A DNA stretch of 64,000 nucleotides from Selaginella moellendorffii. Lineage: Eukaryota > Plantae > Lycopodiophyta. Positions 48,404 through 62,051 of this stretch are shown here, in pieces (positions within the stretch are counted from its first letter, which is position 1; every line of letters starts with the position of its first letter). Location of the stretch: NCBI RefSeq assembly GCF_000143415.4, contig NW_003314305.1, positions 900,827 through 964,826 on the forward strand. Direction: 5' to 3'. The notes beneath the pieces are model-generated. The model was given only the letters and a program-made list of their open reading frames with translations, was not told where the DNA came from and did not search any database. Both the position numbers and the translations under genes were made by a program.

Positions 48404-51400
48404 CATTAGCACTAGTTTTTTACCGTGAGATGCTATACATCATTTACAATTCTTGTTGGAAGTAAATATTTTGGTGTGGCATTGTAAATGGCCACATTTG
48501 ACACTAGATTATAATTTGGGTTGCACTTAGATGAATTTCAAAGAAGGAGGATGAAATATGCCCTTTTCTTTCTTTCTTTTTTCTAGAATTCCTTCTCTTT
48601 TTTTTTCGAAGCATGTGTAATATGCAACTAATCTAGTGATTACACATTAATCCAAGGGAGACAAATCAATCAGCCACCTCAAGTCTCATAGGTAGAGGTA
48701 AGTTTTGTGATAATTCACAATAAATCATAGTAGATTGTAGATGCTAATATGTTTTTGATAGTTTTTCTATGATGACTATAACGCAATATAAGTGGATTGT
48801 TGCCGGTGATACAAAGAGCAGGAAGAGGAAGATTGAATCAATTGATGATATTATTTGAGACAAACTTCTTTGTATTTTGAGGATTAGTTTGATTTTTAAA
48901 TTTTAATTTTTCTTTTGTGGTAGGAAACTAAGTAAGCAATTAGTGTTTTCACTGATAGGAAAGGTATATCAATTGTTTGAACAAATAAGGATTGAAAACT
49001 ATTCTTTCTATATATTTTACAACTTCTATAGTATATCATTTTGCCAGATATGAGGACCTAATAGTTCTCATGTCTACATTGTCAAACGTATAAAAGTAGA
49101 CTGTGAAGGAAGCTCGAGACACTCAATGGCCAATCCAGTAATTTACTCTTATGAATGTATTATCAAAGAGTTGGGGTAGAATGAGAGAAACAATATTTAA
49201 TGCAAACAATGTCTATGATTTAGTTGAGGATAATGATTTTGAAGAACATTTAGGCCCATTATGAAAAAAGTCTTTTCCAATCTCAATTAAAGGAAGTAAT
49301 AGCAAACTTGTAAATGCAATTAGGTTTACTGTTGTTACATCTAGGTGAGAATATAATTCTCACTTTTTATCTTACTTTTTATAATGTGTTGTCTTTATAG
49401 GTGTATAGTAAGTGCTCTTATGACTTTGAGGTGACTCAGGCATTAATGAAAAAATTCAACACTTAAGTTGTCCATAAGTGGGAGGTTGATTATGAAATTT
49501 TGAGAGCACATATCACCATTTTTGTTAATTGTAATATAGAGTGACTTTTGGAAGTGGTGGGAGGACACATAATAGACTTACAACAATAGTATCAATTTAG
49601 AGTTAGGTAAACTTTTTATTATGCTTATGATTGATGAGTTTGAAAAGTTGTGCAACATCTTTTGAGTGGATTTAACATCTTGATATAAAGAACCAAAAGG
49701 AATGACTCAAGAGACAATTCATAAAGGTTCAAATATAAAAGGAAAGGGCTTATGAAAAAAAATACTCTTTTTGAATTGGTTAAGGGTTTTGGGATATATG
49801 GCCTTTGGGTTTGAATAGTATCAGGCTAAGTGACCTTTTAAAAAGTCTAAATTCAAAATTTTACATTTGGTATGAAAATTATCTTGAGTCCGATTCTCTT
49901 GGTTGGTTTAAAGAAATTACACTACATACTGAGGTTGATATCTGATAAATGTAGTTTGCCTCCAAGTGCACTCAACCTGAGGGGTAGAGTGTCAAGAGAG
50001 TAAGGCTCTTAAGAGAGTTATATCTCTTAGCTTTCATTCATGAGAGCGTAAAATTATAGGAAAGCGTAATGGATTGTAAGCAACCAAAAAAATAATTTAA
50101 AAGAAAATTTATAAAAGTTCAAATTTAAAAGGAAAGGGCTCATGAATAAAAATGCACCCTTCTTTTCAATCGATTAAAAATTTTGAGATACTTGGGGTCA
50201 AACATCCATGGGTTTGAATAGTATTGAGTTGAGTGATCTTTTGGAAAATTTAAATTCAAGAGTGTACACTCGACATCAAATCCATTCACTACAATTGACT
50301 ATTCTGTTACATTTATCACTAGAATTTCTTCAAGTGAAGAATTAAAGGTAGAAATCAACCCATTGAGGTAGAAGTTAAAGCCATTGAATTAAAGGTCATG
50401 ACTTTTGACAATATTGTGGTTATAGCAATTATGTCAAACTTGATTGGTGTCAACTCTTGCATGAATTTCTCGACTCTTCTATTGAATTAAACCCTTTGAA
50501 CTCTATATTAGGATACTTGTTAACCTAAAAGTTAGTGAAAATAAAGAGAAAAATACACTCTAACTTATGTATTCATATTTTGTCAATATGATTAGATCCT
50601 TAGAATATATCCCTTCCTTACTACATAATATTTGTAGCCTATATTACTCAAAAGATCACTATTTATGGGATTGTGAGAAGTTAACAATCCTTGAAAAATA
50701 ATATAATCAAGTTTCAAGATTGGTAGTAGTATATTTGACACCTTCTTATACCATTTACTAGTGAAATAACCTTTAATTAATTCCACAACTAGCAAGAAAC
50801 TATTAAAATTAATTATAAATGAGCTTGTAGCTTGTAAGAACTAAACTATATAAAACACAAGCAATGGTCTTATTATTTAAATTTGAAGGTTTTGTGGACT
50901 TGAATATTCTTTCAACTTAATAGAAACCCTAAGCTCTTCCAATAAACATCCTTCCCATCGGTAAAAAGCTTGACCAATTTCTTCCTGATAGCATCTAGCC
51001 TATCAGAAATTGCTTTTTTATCAAGAAGAAACTTTGATAAAACATCTTTGCTTCATGTCAAGAATATTTACCTATTAGCAATATCCATTGGAAGAATTTT
51101 TGTCAAAGGAAAAAAAAATTATACTCATTAGGAGGTCCTCATAGATACTTTTGATAGAAAAACTAATGTCAATCTAATGGTAAATTTTCCTAATGGTAGT
51201 TGCGTTTGAAGAAAAATCTTCTTAGTGGAACATACCATTAGGACAAAAAGATCCCAATAAGCAGTCCCATCAAGATTCATTCCATTGGAACAAAAAGATC
51301 TCAATAAGCAGTCCCATCAGAGTTCATTTTCCTGGCAAGAGAATTTTCCATCCCGTCAATAGAAAAAACATTAAGCCATTGAGATATTTCAATTTGTTGA

Positions 51401-52302
51401 GAGAAGGAAATTTTCTTATTCTAGCATGTTGTTAAAGATTTCATTCCATTGGAGAAGGACTGTTTGACATGGTCAATTTAGCCTACCATATCATGGCCAT
51501 GTAATTAAAGAAAATCCATCGACAAGAACTCATTGGGAAGTCCTAACAAAAATATAGTGAAACAATTATTGAATGATTGTAAAGGATTGCAAACTCAAAC
51601 AAGAATGTAATCTAGCACAATCTGGCTATTCCACAATAAGGAATGTTCTCATTGGGAACTCCCATAGTCTAACAAATATCCAATGGTTGGAACTTTATAT
51701 GTATATTGTGCATATGCCTTTCACATGTGCAAGATGGCTATGCCATAGGTACTTTGTACGGGCTGTACTGGTAGGGGGGATAAACATGGAAGATTCTACT
51801 AAATATTTTTCATTCCATATTCATTTTTAGCATTATTGTCATAAATTTAAGAATCAATCTCTCAAAGTTACCTAACCAATGGATATGTATTTGTGAATTT
51901 TTTCCATCACACTCTCCATATTTTGCTAAGATGGCTTAATCTTATTAACTCTACCTCTACTTTTAATTTTACTTTCCCCACTAGATATGTTGGAGATCAA
52001 ATTTATGCCCACTTACTCTTTAATATCCATTTATATATTCTTTTAGGAGTTGGATGATCTATATAAGTAACTTAAATTTGTGAGTAGAAATTTTGGCTAT
52101 AGTCCCTAGCCATTCTTTTGACCTGCGATTGTTTATAATGCATATTAATTTCTTCAACTTTAAAAACTTTGCATGCTGAATTTTGTGTTTAATTTGTACA
52201 ATCTCAATTGAGAGCTCTTCCTAATTCTTCTTTGGATGTGCAAATTTATATGTATCTTACTTAACCGTCACTAAAGGCTAGAAACCAAAATAATAAAAAG
52301 AG

Positions 52303-53800
52303 TGTTATAATCTTGGGATTAATATTAATCCACATGGCTTAAAGTATAACTAAGTTAGGTTTAATCAGTAGTTCATGCTAATCAAGGGCTTTTGAGGGAC
52401 ATGGTGGAAGTGGAGCATGCTCACAACTGTGAGCAATGGCATAGAGGGCTTAGGGGTGGATGGACGGCAATTTGCTCTACATCAATGTGGTAATTTTTCA
52501 TTAGGTTCTAATAATTGGTATTAGAGGAGTAGAGTTCAAGAATCTGCGAGTTTGCTACTATGGATTATATGGAGGAAGCTGCTAATCAATCATTTGTGGA
52601 GGCTTAGATGATGGATGAGATGGTGCTATAATTGCAAGCCCTCAATAGCAATATCTAGACCCTTGAAATTAATATGCATGGATCTTTGATAGATATGTGT
52701 GAGTGCATAAAGAAGATGGAGAATTCTCAAGGTGGCGGGAGTCATGTCATAGATTGAGCTCAAATTCTTGAGTTTGATGGCACTGATGTCCTTGCAAATG
52801 AGGTGCTTAACTGGTTATGCAAGACCTTGAAATTGATTCAGGTTCAAGGATTACCGGATGAGGATGCATTGATCCTCATGGAGGTGGTGCTTAAAGGCTG
52901 GCCCACACATTGGTGGACTCACCTTTTGAATCAATGTACCATTGTTGGCTAGGGACCTTTGGCATCATTAACTGAATTTGAGGAAGCTTTTAAGTAGGAA
53001 TTTGCTCCTCGCTATGATGCTTCTCATGCATGACGTAAGTTTCAATACCTGAAGCAAGACAATTTGAGCCTGAAATCGTATTGTTCAGGATTGAGAAGTG
53101 GAATATTACTGAGTCATGTGCCCAATGACTACACTGAAGAGGTTCAGAAAGATTACTTTGTGCACCACTTACGCAACAAGGGGATGTGAGATCACTTGAA
53201 AACTTCCAAGGCAATGAAATCTTTGGAGGAGCTTTTTGAACAAGCTCAGAACTTGGTGGATGAGGGTGAGCCATGTCCTCATGACAAGGGTGTCAAACAT
53301 GGGAGGAGCCCCTCTTGAGACGAGACTAGTGGCAGTAGCGGGTGTTTGAAGTCTTGTGTGGAAGGTGGCTGCGGCAAAGGTGGTCGAGGCAATGGCAAAA
53401 AACCTCGGATTACCCTGAAAATGACAACCATTGCCACAAGTATGGTGACGAGGGCCATTGGAAGGTCGATTGTCCTTTGTTGAAAAACAAGAACAAACAT
53501 TTGAACACGAGTGCTAGAGCTTCAAATGGGAAGAAGGTCTAGGAAATGCAATATGAGGAGAATCTAGGCAAGAAGTATATCTCCATGATTTCCCATACAC
53601 TCAATGGGATTTGGAATGATGATCCCATGGACTTGGCTTTGGAGTCTTGTGTGATTCGATTCAAGGGATTGCTGGGAGATTATTCAGTATGTATTCTACT
53701 GGACAGTGGCAATTCCAACAATTTTGTTTCCACAAAGTTAGTCAGAGAGTACAAGTTGCTAGTGACTAAAGTGAATTTCTGGAGCTGCTACTGAGAACCA
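52303..53800 (+). mobile_element. Ty3/gypsy remnant: 5' LTR (52303-52513), PBS, gag, zinc knuckle, protease
   Basis: LTR tgttataatc...tctaata, PBS tggtattagag at 52516-52526, gag-like EFDG...HWW, CHKYGDEGHWKVDCP, ILLDSGNSNNFVS. Many stops. Confidence 0.88.
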
Positions 53801-53896
53801 GCAGTGGGATGGTGCGGTTGGAAAAACTGTAGACCGAACTTATAATCACAAATTGCTTGCCATAGGAAACTCAATCTCAAAGTGAATGGTATAATG

Positions 53897-54067
53897 CGTG
53901 TAGCTTCAAAGTTGAGATAAAATCTCCAAGTGTGTGGGCTTTTGAATTTAGAATCCTCACCATTGTGATTGGCAAGAAAATACTCCACAGTTAAAGACCA
54001 AACACAAGTATCCCAGATCAGAACATGGTATCATGTGTTCCTCGAAGGCTTGTTGGCACATCAAAAC
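53897..54067. repeat. ~165-bp direct repeat, partner at 56830-56987
   Basis: Shared core aacacaagtatcccagatcagaacatggtatcatg and flanking matches. Confidence 0.85.
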
Positions 54068-54072
54068 TGGCA

Positions 54073-56114
54073 CAGCTTGAGCTGGCCTACAACAGAGCAG
54101 TTTGTCTTTACCATCTAAAGCATTACGGTCCAGGTAATGTTATTCTTGGACAATCAATGAACGAATTTTCTTTACGTTAGTTTGGAGCTCTTAGTGTTCT
54201 TGCAGAAATTCTGGAACATGGAGTGTGACAATATCCCGAACTCAGCATTGGTAGGTATGCTCTTTGTCACCACATTAGTTGCTTTGCATATATTCTAGAC
54301 TATACATTTTCTGTTTGTAAAGCCAGAGGGCATTGAGCTGTGTAGCGTTGGAAACAGCCCAGCGCTCAAAGAATCTGCATTAGTCGAAGCTTTCAACTTG
54401 AAGGTCCAATCAAAATTCTTTTTGACTCACTTGATTTGGTTCTTTGTTTAGGCTGCCATTGACTACGTTAATGGAAATTTGGAGGCCGCAAAAGAAAACC
54501 TCACTGACATGTCACCACGTGCAGAAGAAGAGTTAGACTCAGTACATTCTGATACTTCCGCTAAGTTGTTTATTTTTGTTTTTTCTTTCCTCAGGTCACG
54601 CTTCACAATCAAGCCCTGATGAATATGGAAGTTGATCCTACTGCAGGCTTCTGTAAACTTAATTTTTTGTTGCAGGTAAATATTTTTATTCTTTTATGAT
54701 TATTCTGACCACTCGCTATAGAATCCTCCATTTCCTTCAGAGACATTGGCTAATCTACTTCTGCTGTATTGTAAACCTTCCCATGGATTCTACAATCTTG
54801 CTGCTGATGTAATGGCAGAGCATGCGGAAGTTATCTTCAAGTATCTATCTCAGGTACGCTTGAGGCACATAAACTTCACAAGCATTAGTCTTTTTACTTC
54901 TAATATTATGCAGGACTTCTATGACTTTATTAACTGTATCATTTTGACAAAGACGTCACCGGAGGTTATTCAATTATTGTTAGTTGCGATGTTGTTGAGC
55001 TAAGCTTGACTATCGGACAGGATGCATATCAAAAGATGGCAAATCGTTATAGTGAAACCATGCGCAGGCTCACCAAACAAATCCAAGATTCTTGTCTTTC
55101 TCGCAATCAGAAGGGCCACAAGAAGGCTTTGGCAGAGTATGGAGACTCTCTTGAGGTAAGATGTTCATAATGTTTTGTCTTTTGTTTTTCTAGCATCGGC
55201 TCTTCTATAGTATTATATACCTATCATCATAAATTACGTGCAAGTAGAGCGTATTTTCCACCAGTCAGCAGACTTGTGTTCGGATCATCCTGTTTGGCGA
55301 CTGAATGTCACGCACACTTTCTTTATGCAGGTGAGCTATTCGTATTTCTTATCTATGCTCATTGTGCATCTAACAGGATAATCGCTACAAAGAAGCAATT
55401 CATTACTATGAACCGATTGTAAAGAAAGCGGGAGATGACATTCTCAGTGTCACAGCAATTGTGCTCGCGACTCTCTGCGTTTCATACATTATGACCAGCC
55501 AGGTACTTTAAACAAATAGTACGACGAAATTGTAATATATTGGTCTTTAGTAGAATGAAGAGGCCGAAGATTTGATGCGAAAGATTGAAAAAGAGGAAGA
55601 GAGAGCGCACTACGAGGTTTGCCATGTATATGTAACTTAAGGGGCTGCTAGCGGTTTTAATTCCGTGTTCCTTTTCTAGAATCCAGACAAGCAGGAATTG
55701 CATTTATGCATTGTAAACCTTGTGATCGGTACCCTCTACTGCGCAAAACAAAACTTCGAGTTCGGTATTAGCCGTATCATCAGAAGTTTGGAGCCTTATG
55801 GGAAAAAGCTGGAAGCAGACACGTGGTTTTATGCGAAGCATTGCTTTCTTGCATTGGTCGATAGCCTTGCGAAGCAGATGATCGTGGTAAGAAACAAAAG
55901 ACGAGGCACGGATTCATGAAATCTAATGTCAAGCTTGCTTGATGCAGTTGAAGAACGCGACATACGCCGACATAGACGACTTTCTTGATGCTGCGGACAG
56001 CCAAGGCAAGACTGTCTACACATCCGTGGAGAGTCCCGGCGAGGGCCAGAACTCCAACACGGTCTCCAGAGAAGCCAGGCTGCTAAGAGGATGTTTCTGA
56101 AGATTAGAGGATGA
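54073..56114 (+). pseudogene. IFT70: 5'-truncated IFT70/TTC30 (DYF-1/fleer) intraflagellar-transport gene
   Basis: LVEAFNLKAAI, VTLHNQAL, PFPSETLANLLLLYCK, HLCIVNLVIGTLYCAK.NFEFGISRII, DTWFYAK. In-frame TGA at 54226-54228, apparent deletion at ~55230, -1 frameshift at ~56086. Introns are retained. Confidence 0.88.
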
Positions 56115-56158
56115 GGTATGTCCGTCCATTCAGCTTGCTAGTTCCTAAGATAACTTCA

Positions 56159-56776
56159 TTACAGGTAGGCATGGCTTGCAAGCCTTGGTGTTGCAAAAAC
56201 TTCAAGTGGAACCTTTCGTCTCACCGCCACTCCTTCCGAGATCTCGTCCATGCTCAGCTCCTTGCCACTGACCTTCCACTCGAACCCATGGACAAAGCGA
56301 GCAAGAGTGTGCGAAACCATGGCTACGCCAAGAGACAATCCGGGACAGATCCTTCGACCAGATCCAAAAGGCAGCAGCTCAAAGTTCTTCCCCTTGAAGC
56401 TGATCGAGCTCTCCGCAAATCTGTCCGGGTTGAAGAGATTGGGAGACTCCCACAAGCTTGGATCTCGTGCAATTGACCATTCGTTGACCAAAACTCGCGA
56501 GTTCTTGGGGATCTTGTAGCCGTTGACTAGACAGTCTTGCGTTGAATGGCGAGGGAGTAGCATTGGCGCTGGCGGATGCAAGCGAAACACTTCGTTGACA
56601 ACACTGTTGATGTAGCTAAGCTTACAAAGATCGGCTTCCACCACCATCCGCTCGCGGCCCACAACTGTGTCAATCTCTTTTTGGGCTTTGATCATACATG
56701 TTGGATTGTTCATGAGCTCTGAAAGTGCCCACTCGGTGGTGATGGCCGAAGTTTCAGTACCAGCAAGCATCATGTC
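56159..56776 (-). pseudogene. Cytochrome P450 (CYP71 clan) terminal exon; exon 1 not recognised
   Basis: AGTETS, EVFR, FNPDRF, PFGSGRRICPG. An acceptor AG precedes DMML. No N-terminal exon is visible upstream, although an N gap lies 1.4 kb away. Confidence 0.75.
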
Positions 56777-58155
56777 CTTGCAAAGAGAAAGCAAAGCTAG
56801 CATACCAAAGAAAACTAAACTTACTATGTGTGTAGCTTAATTTCAATCGAAGTTGAGATAAATCTTGAAGCGTGGGAATCCTCACCATTAGAAAATACTC
56901 CGCAGGTAATGACTGAACACAAGTATCCCAGATCAGAACATGGTATCATGCTTTCCTCAAGGGCTGCATGCTGGCACATCAAAACCAGAAAAAGGAAAAG
57001 TCAGCTTGGCTTGACTCGGCTGGTTAGCTACGCTCTCTCTTTTTCTGCGAGAAAAAAATAAATTCTTCCTTGCCTGGGTGGAAAGGACTTCTGCCCTGCC
57101 TTTTTAAGAGACAGTGATCTATGCTGTAGAAACTCGAGAGTATGGCATAATCCTATAGAAACATGGTTTAGTTGAATTTTTTAACATTTACCAATTTATT
57201 ATCTAAGCTCTCATTCTATCAATTAAATTTATGGGATAATTGAGATGGCCTAAAGAAGTCTGGAAAAACTTCATAGAGATTCTAAGTTGCAACTTAATGT
57301 GAAATATCCTTTTTAAGATATGGAGAGAAGATGCAATGTAAACTTTACTTATGCAATAGATCGTATTTCTATATCTTTTATAGAGTCAAAAACATGTTTA
57401 TAAAACCACACCACCCACTCAAAGAACTTTTTTTTATAAATGCTCAATGTGTTATAAAAAAAAAATGGATTTAGTCCTCATTTGGATAAAACTCTAATAA
57501 CAAGATCAAAAGGGATATGGTCTGCTATTGAAATCCTACAGCTAGGAGCTTTATATGTGGGACATTAGCAAATAACTAAACACTCATAGTGTGCTATAGA
57601 GCATTGTTGCTTGGGATGTGCTTGGGTCTTCCAAATTGACAAATACCCCATGTGTATGTATTGAATATTCTATGGGATTCTTGGAGGTAGCTAGCTTGCA
57701 AGCTACAATATAATGAGTTGGACCAAAAATAAGACATATACATAGAAACCAAAGTTTATAAATTTGCAATATGTTAAAGAAAAAACTTGAAGTGCCTCTA
57801 TTGTAGCTTGGCTAAGTTGTGATTAGATAACACAAATTTAGCATCAGCTAAACTATTATCTTTTAGGTTGACAATTACATCAAGAATTGATAATCTCCTT
57901 TGCATTGTTAGTCTGGATGTGATGAAGTACCTCTTTGAGTGCTACCTTATAATATACACCTTTCTAATTTGCCATATATATTTGTACAATGATAACATTG
58001 AAATTTTAAAATAGTGTACGAGGTAGGCAATGGTCTTAGTCTCAAATGGTCAATGGTCTCAATGGTCTTAGTGAATCTAAGTGCCAAATACAGCTAAACT
58101 ACAAAATCCCCTCAATGCAAAAAATGACAAAAGGCGTAAAAATGTGCAAATGAAT

Positions 58156-58934
58156 NNNNNNNNNNNNNNNNNNNNNNNNNNNNNNNNNNNNNNNNNNNNN
58201 NNNNNNNNNNNNNNNNNNNNNNNNNNNNNNNNNNNNNNNNNNNNNNNNNNNNNNNNNNNNNNNNNNNNNNNNNNNNNNNNNNNNNNNNNNNNNNNNNNNN
58301 NNNNNNNNNNNNNNNNNNNNNNNNNNNNNNNNNNNNNNNNNNNNNNNNNNNNNNNNNNNNNNNNNNNNNNNNNNNNNNNNNNNNNNNNNNNNNNNNNNNN
58401 NNNNNNNNNNNNNNNNNNNNNNNNNNNNNNNNNNNNNNNNNNNNNNNNNNNNNNNNNNNNNNNNNNNNNNNNNNNNNNNNNNNNNNNNNNNNNNNNNNNN
58501 NNNNNNNNNNNNNNNNNNNNNNNNNNNNNNNNNNNNNNNNNNNNNNNNNNNNNNNNNNNNNNNNNNNNNNNNNNNNNNNNNNNNNNNNNNNNNNNNNNNN
58601 NNNNNNNNNNNNNNNNNNNNNNNNNNNNNNNNNNNNNNNNNNNNNNNNNNNNNNNNNNNNNNNNNNNNNNNNNNNNNNNNNNNNNNNNNNNNNNNNNNNN
58701 NNNNNNNNNNNNNNNNNNNNNNNNNNNNNNNNNNNNNNNNNNNNNNNNNNNNNNNNNNNNNNNNNNNNNNNNNNNNNNNNNNNNNNNNNNNNNNNNNNNN
58801 NNNNNNNNNNNNNNNNNNNNNNNNNNNNNNNNNNNNNNNNNNNNNNNNNNNNNNNNNNNNNNNNNNNNNNNNNNNNNNNNNNNNNNNNNNNNNNNNNNNN
58901 NNNNNNNNNNNNNNNNNNNNNNNNNNNNNNNNNN
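58156..58934. other. Assembly gap
   Basis: Run of N. Confidence 1.
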
Positions 58935-59952
58935 TGATAGACTAGGGACATCACCCACCCATTGTACTGGCATCAAGAACAATGCATAGGCTATCCATTG
59001 CCATGGGATGAAGATTTAATGCTCATCTAATAGAAAAACATTATGTGGGTGTGAAATCTATATCCTTTTAGGAATTGCATGCCATATTTGGCATTGAAAA
59101 TGCTCAACCTCTGTATTTTCCAGGTAATTCCTTGTTTGCACAGTCTCATGCTTCTTGTTGGGCACCACAAGACTGCCAAAACAGAATATAGATAGGTAAG
59201 ATAGATAAAAAATGATGACATCTGTATTTTCCAGGTTGTACATTTAAGTTTTTTGTCAGAAAGAGAAATAATAAGTAATGTGTAACAGCAGCAATGTTGA
59301 AGAATGGTTGTCTCCAACTCAAGAATCCCTCTATTGATAGTGCCTTATAAAATTTCTAACGAGTTGTGGACATATCAGCATAAACACCACATGAAACGTT
59401 GTGTCCAGCTTCTTGAAATTGGGCTAAATCCTGAATCACTGGGATTTATAGGCTTGATCCTTGCCTAAATGATACCATAGTATCCAGAGCTCCATCACGT
59501 GGCAGGCACTCAACTCAAGCAGAAAAGCTGTCTAGTGTATATTGCACGACAAATCCATACTATATCACCTAGTATAAAAGAAAGCTCCAGTCTAGAATTT
59601 GGATAGGGGAGCTCTCCAACACAAACGTGGCAGGCCAGGCAGTTCGCCGCCATCTCCACAGTGCATCAGCCTGACATTCACCAAAGCCATGCAATTGAAC
59701 CCTTCTTGATTCGCCTCCCTGGCACCTTCTTTCGAGGAATGCAATTGAACTTGATTCCCCTCCGTGGCACCTTCTTTCAAGCCTAGATCGCGGGGTTTGG
59801 GTCAGATTTCGACTGGAGATGGCGACTCCTCGTCAATGGCCGAATGAATGCGTCGGCATTCTCGTCAAAATGTAGGCTCAATCTTATGCTTTTCACAAAA
59901 AGATTTGAAACATAATTTCATCCATTCATAGCATGAGACCTAAGTATATTGT

Positions 59953-62051
59953 TTAAATTAATCCTTTGAAAATTGCATATGCTATAATAAATGCAGAGAG
60001 CCTCTCATAATTCCCTCTGAATATTTTGCCCATTTTAAACCATAAATTTCTGTGTTCCTGATCATAATATATACCACCTGCTGCAATTGCCTTGACGATA
60101 GCATTGCGTATTTCATCAGCGCTGGCTCCCAGGGCCCTCTGTATTTTGGGAGACTCTATCAACTTCTCAAGAGCTAGACATCTCTTCCTAGTCCCATCTG
60201 ATGCAACAAAAATCCCACTCTTGTTCCGATCTGTAGCATTATTTGGGTGACTATTTAGAGTGTGACCTACAAAAAACAGCTTTAGTAAATACTTCCACCA
60301 AGCAAAGATAATTCACTCACACTCTTCTGTCCACGTTTTGCAGTCAATGTCTAGAGCCAAGTGATCCTCAAATATTACCTGCGCAAAACAACACAAAGAA
60401 AACAGAATTTTTTTTTTGAGAAACACATTCCAACGGAAAAAACACTGTGCGTACGTGAACAATGTAGACGATCATGGCACCGAACGGCACTTTGTTTCTC
60501 AGTTGTTTAGGGCCGCCGTCAAAGTAATGCTCCGGAACTCTGGACTGGAATTTGAAGATTAAAATCAGCCCTCTCCATGCCAGCTCCCTTATTTCTCCCA
60601 GCTCGGATTGCGAGCAAGGGACCCCATCCGGCTCCCACTGCGCGTTCCTGCATAGCTGCACGAAATGGCCGCTAAGATCCTTGCCGAAAACGGCAGCGGC
60701 GGCACGGTAGAGCTGGCGCTCGTCGCTGCTTCCCACTGGCACCGACTGTGCGTGCTCCACGATCGACTTGCCCGTCGAGCACAGCGTCTGGAGCTCGGCA
60801 TGGTCCCGCTGCCCCTTCTTCGTCAGTGTCCAAGTGTAGATCAGACGGCCAATTTGCAAGCTTGCATCCGTAAAGTCCATAACGTATGGAATTTCGCGAG
60901 GCCTGTGCTGGTAAACGAGCGACCTCCTATGCACCCAACGCTCCAGAGGTAAAAGAAGGCTTTTGTCCCACTCGAATTTGTGCGTCACTTCTGCGTCCAC
61001 CTCCTGCCAAAATAAATTAATAATTAAAAAAAAAAGGAATAAGAAGCCTTAAGAGTCTCATCTGTGTTTTGCAAGTCGAGCTAAGGATTTTACCTCTAAC
61101 ACCTGACGGACGCCGGGGGTGAGGTCGATCGACTGCCACTCTACCATCGGCAGTTCCTTGATGCAAACATTAAAGACCCTGTCGATGTTCTCCCTGGGTA
61201 GCAGATAGAAACCCTTAAATCTGCATGCGTGCACCGTGTCTAGGAAGAAGAGCAAGACGTTGCCCAGGTGCCCCCCGCCGCCAGCTTTGGCTTGAGCTAG
61301 GAAAGCGTCGAGCCATTCGAGCGGCTGCTTGTTTACCTGGACCTGGAGCTGCAGCCACGCGAAGAAGAGCACGCAGAGTTGCTCGCTCACATCAAACAGG
61401 CGCATGGCATCCAGAAGACATGTTCGCGTCGAGAAAGTACAGGGAACTCTAGACATGAGCGACACAAGATCTGCACAGGCGACTGGTTATAAAGTGAAAA
61501 GGAAAAAAGGGAAGCCATACGTGTAATTCCTTCCTCTGAAGACATCGCGTCGGTGGCTGGCGTCTGAATGTCTCTCTCCTTGAGCTGCGACCATAGAAAA
61601 AAGCTCTTTTACCGCTTTCCCACAAGAAATCTCGAGAACTCACCTCTTCAAGCTTGAGTACAGCGTAGTGGCAAGGGAGCACGAAGGACAGCAGTTTCCG
61701 GTCACCATAACGTTGCTGGTTGGAGCGACCTCGCTGGCGCATGAAATAGTCCACAGCGATGAAGAGGTGCAAGAAATTCTCCGGGATGGGAACCCGGAGG
61801 ACGTGGGCGATTGCCATAGTCCAAATCTTCCACTTGAGCTCCGACACACTCGACCCATCTACATCGTAGAACCACGACGCCCCTGCTGAAGAATCCAGCT
61901 CCAGCCCAAAGCGCTCGAATGCCCCTGCCACCACTCTCAGCAATCGGGTACCTATGCTGCTCTGGAACCAATCGGACACGATCAGACCGACGCGCGGATC
62001 CCACCCCACCGCCGGAGTCATTTGCTCTGGCTGAGTCCATCCCACATCCAT
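59953..62051 (-). CDS. Hypothetical multi-exon protein, no recognised family
   Basis: Consecutive same-strand open segments (61640-62051, ~61090-61465, ~60450-61005, ~60320-60377, 59953-60266) separated by GT-AG-like introns. Exact structure is uncertain. Confidence 0.55.

Larger units (their letters stand above)
46131..51559. mobile_element. Degenerate CACTA (En/Spm) element
   Basis: Termini CACTACAT.../...ATATAGTG, both with TCCCAATG at position 22 from the end. Clusters of CC(A/G)AT(G/A)G-type subterminal motifs at 46150-46330 and 50940-51540. Flanks TAA/AAA (2 of 3 TSD match). Decayed exons inside. Confidence 0.65.

Noticed and set aside
47658-48409. Five long ORFs with MESEMD/PRWS/RDGV repeats
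   Set aside because: Artefacts of a stop-free minisatellite inside a solo LTR; open in several frames on both strands.
58077-58989. ~300-aa ORFs
   Set aside because: Translated N gap.
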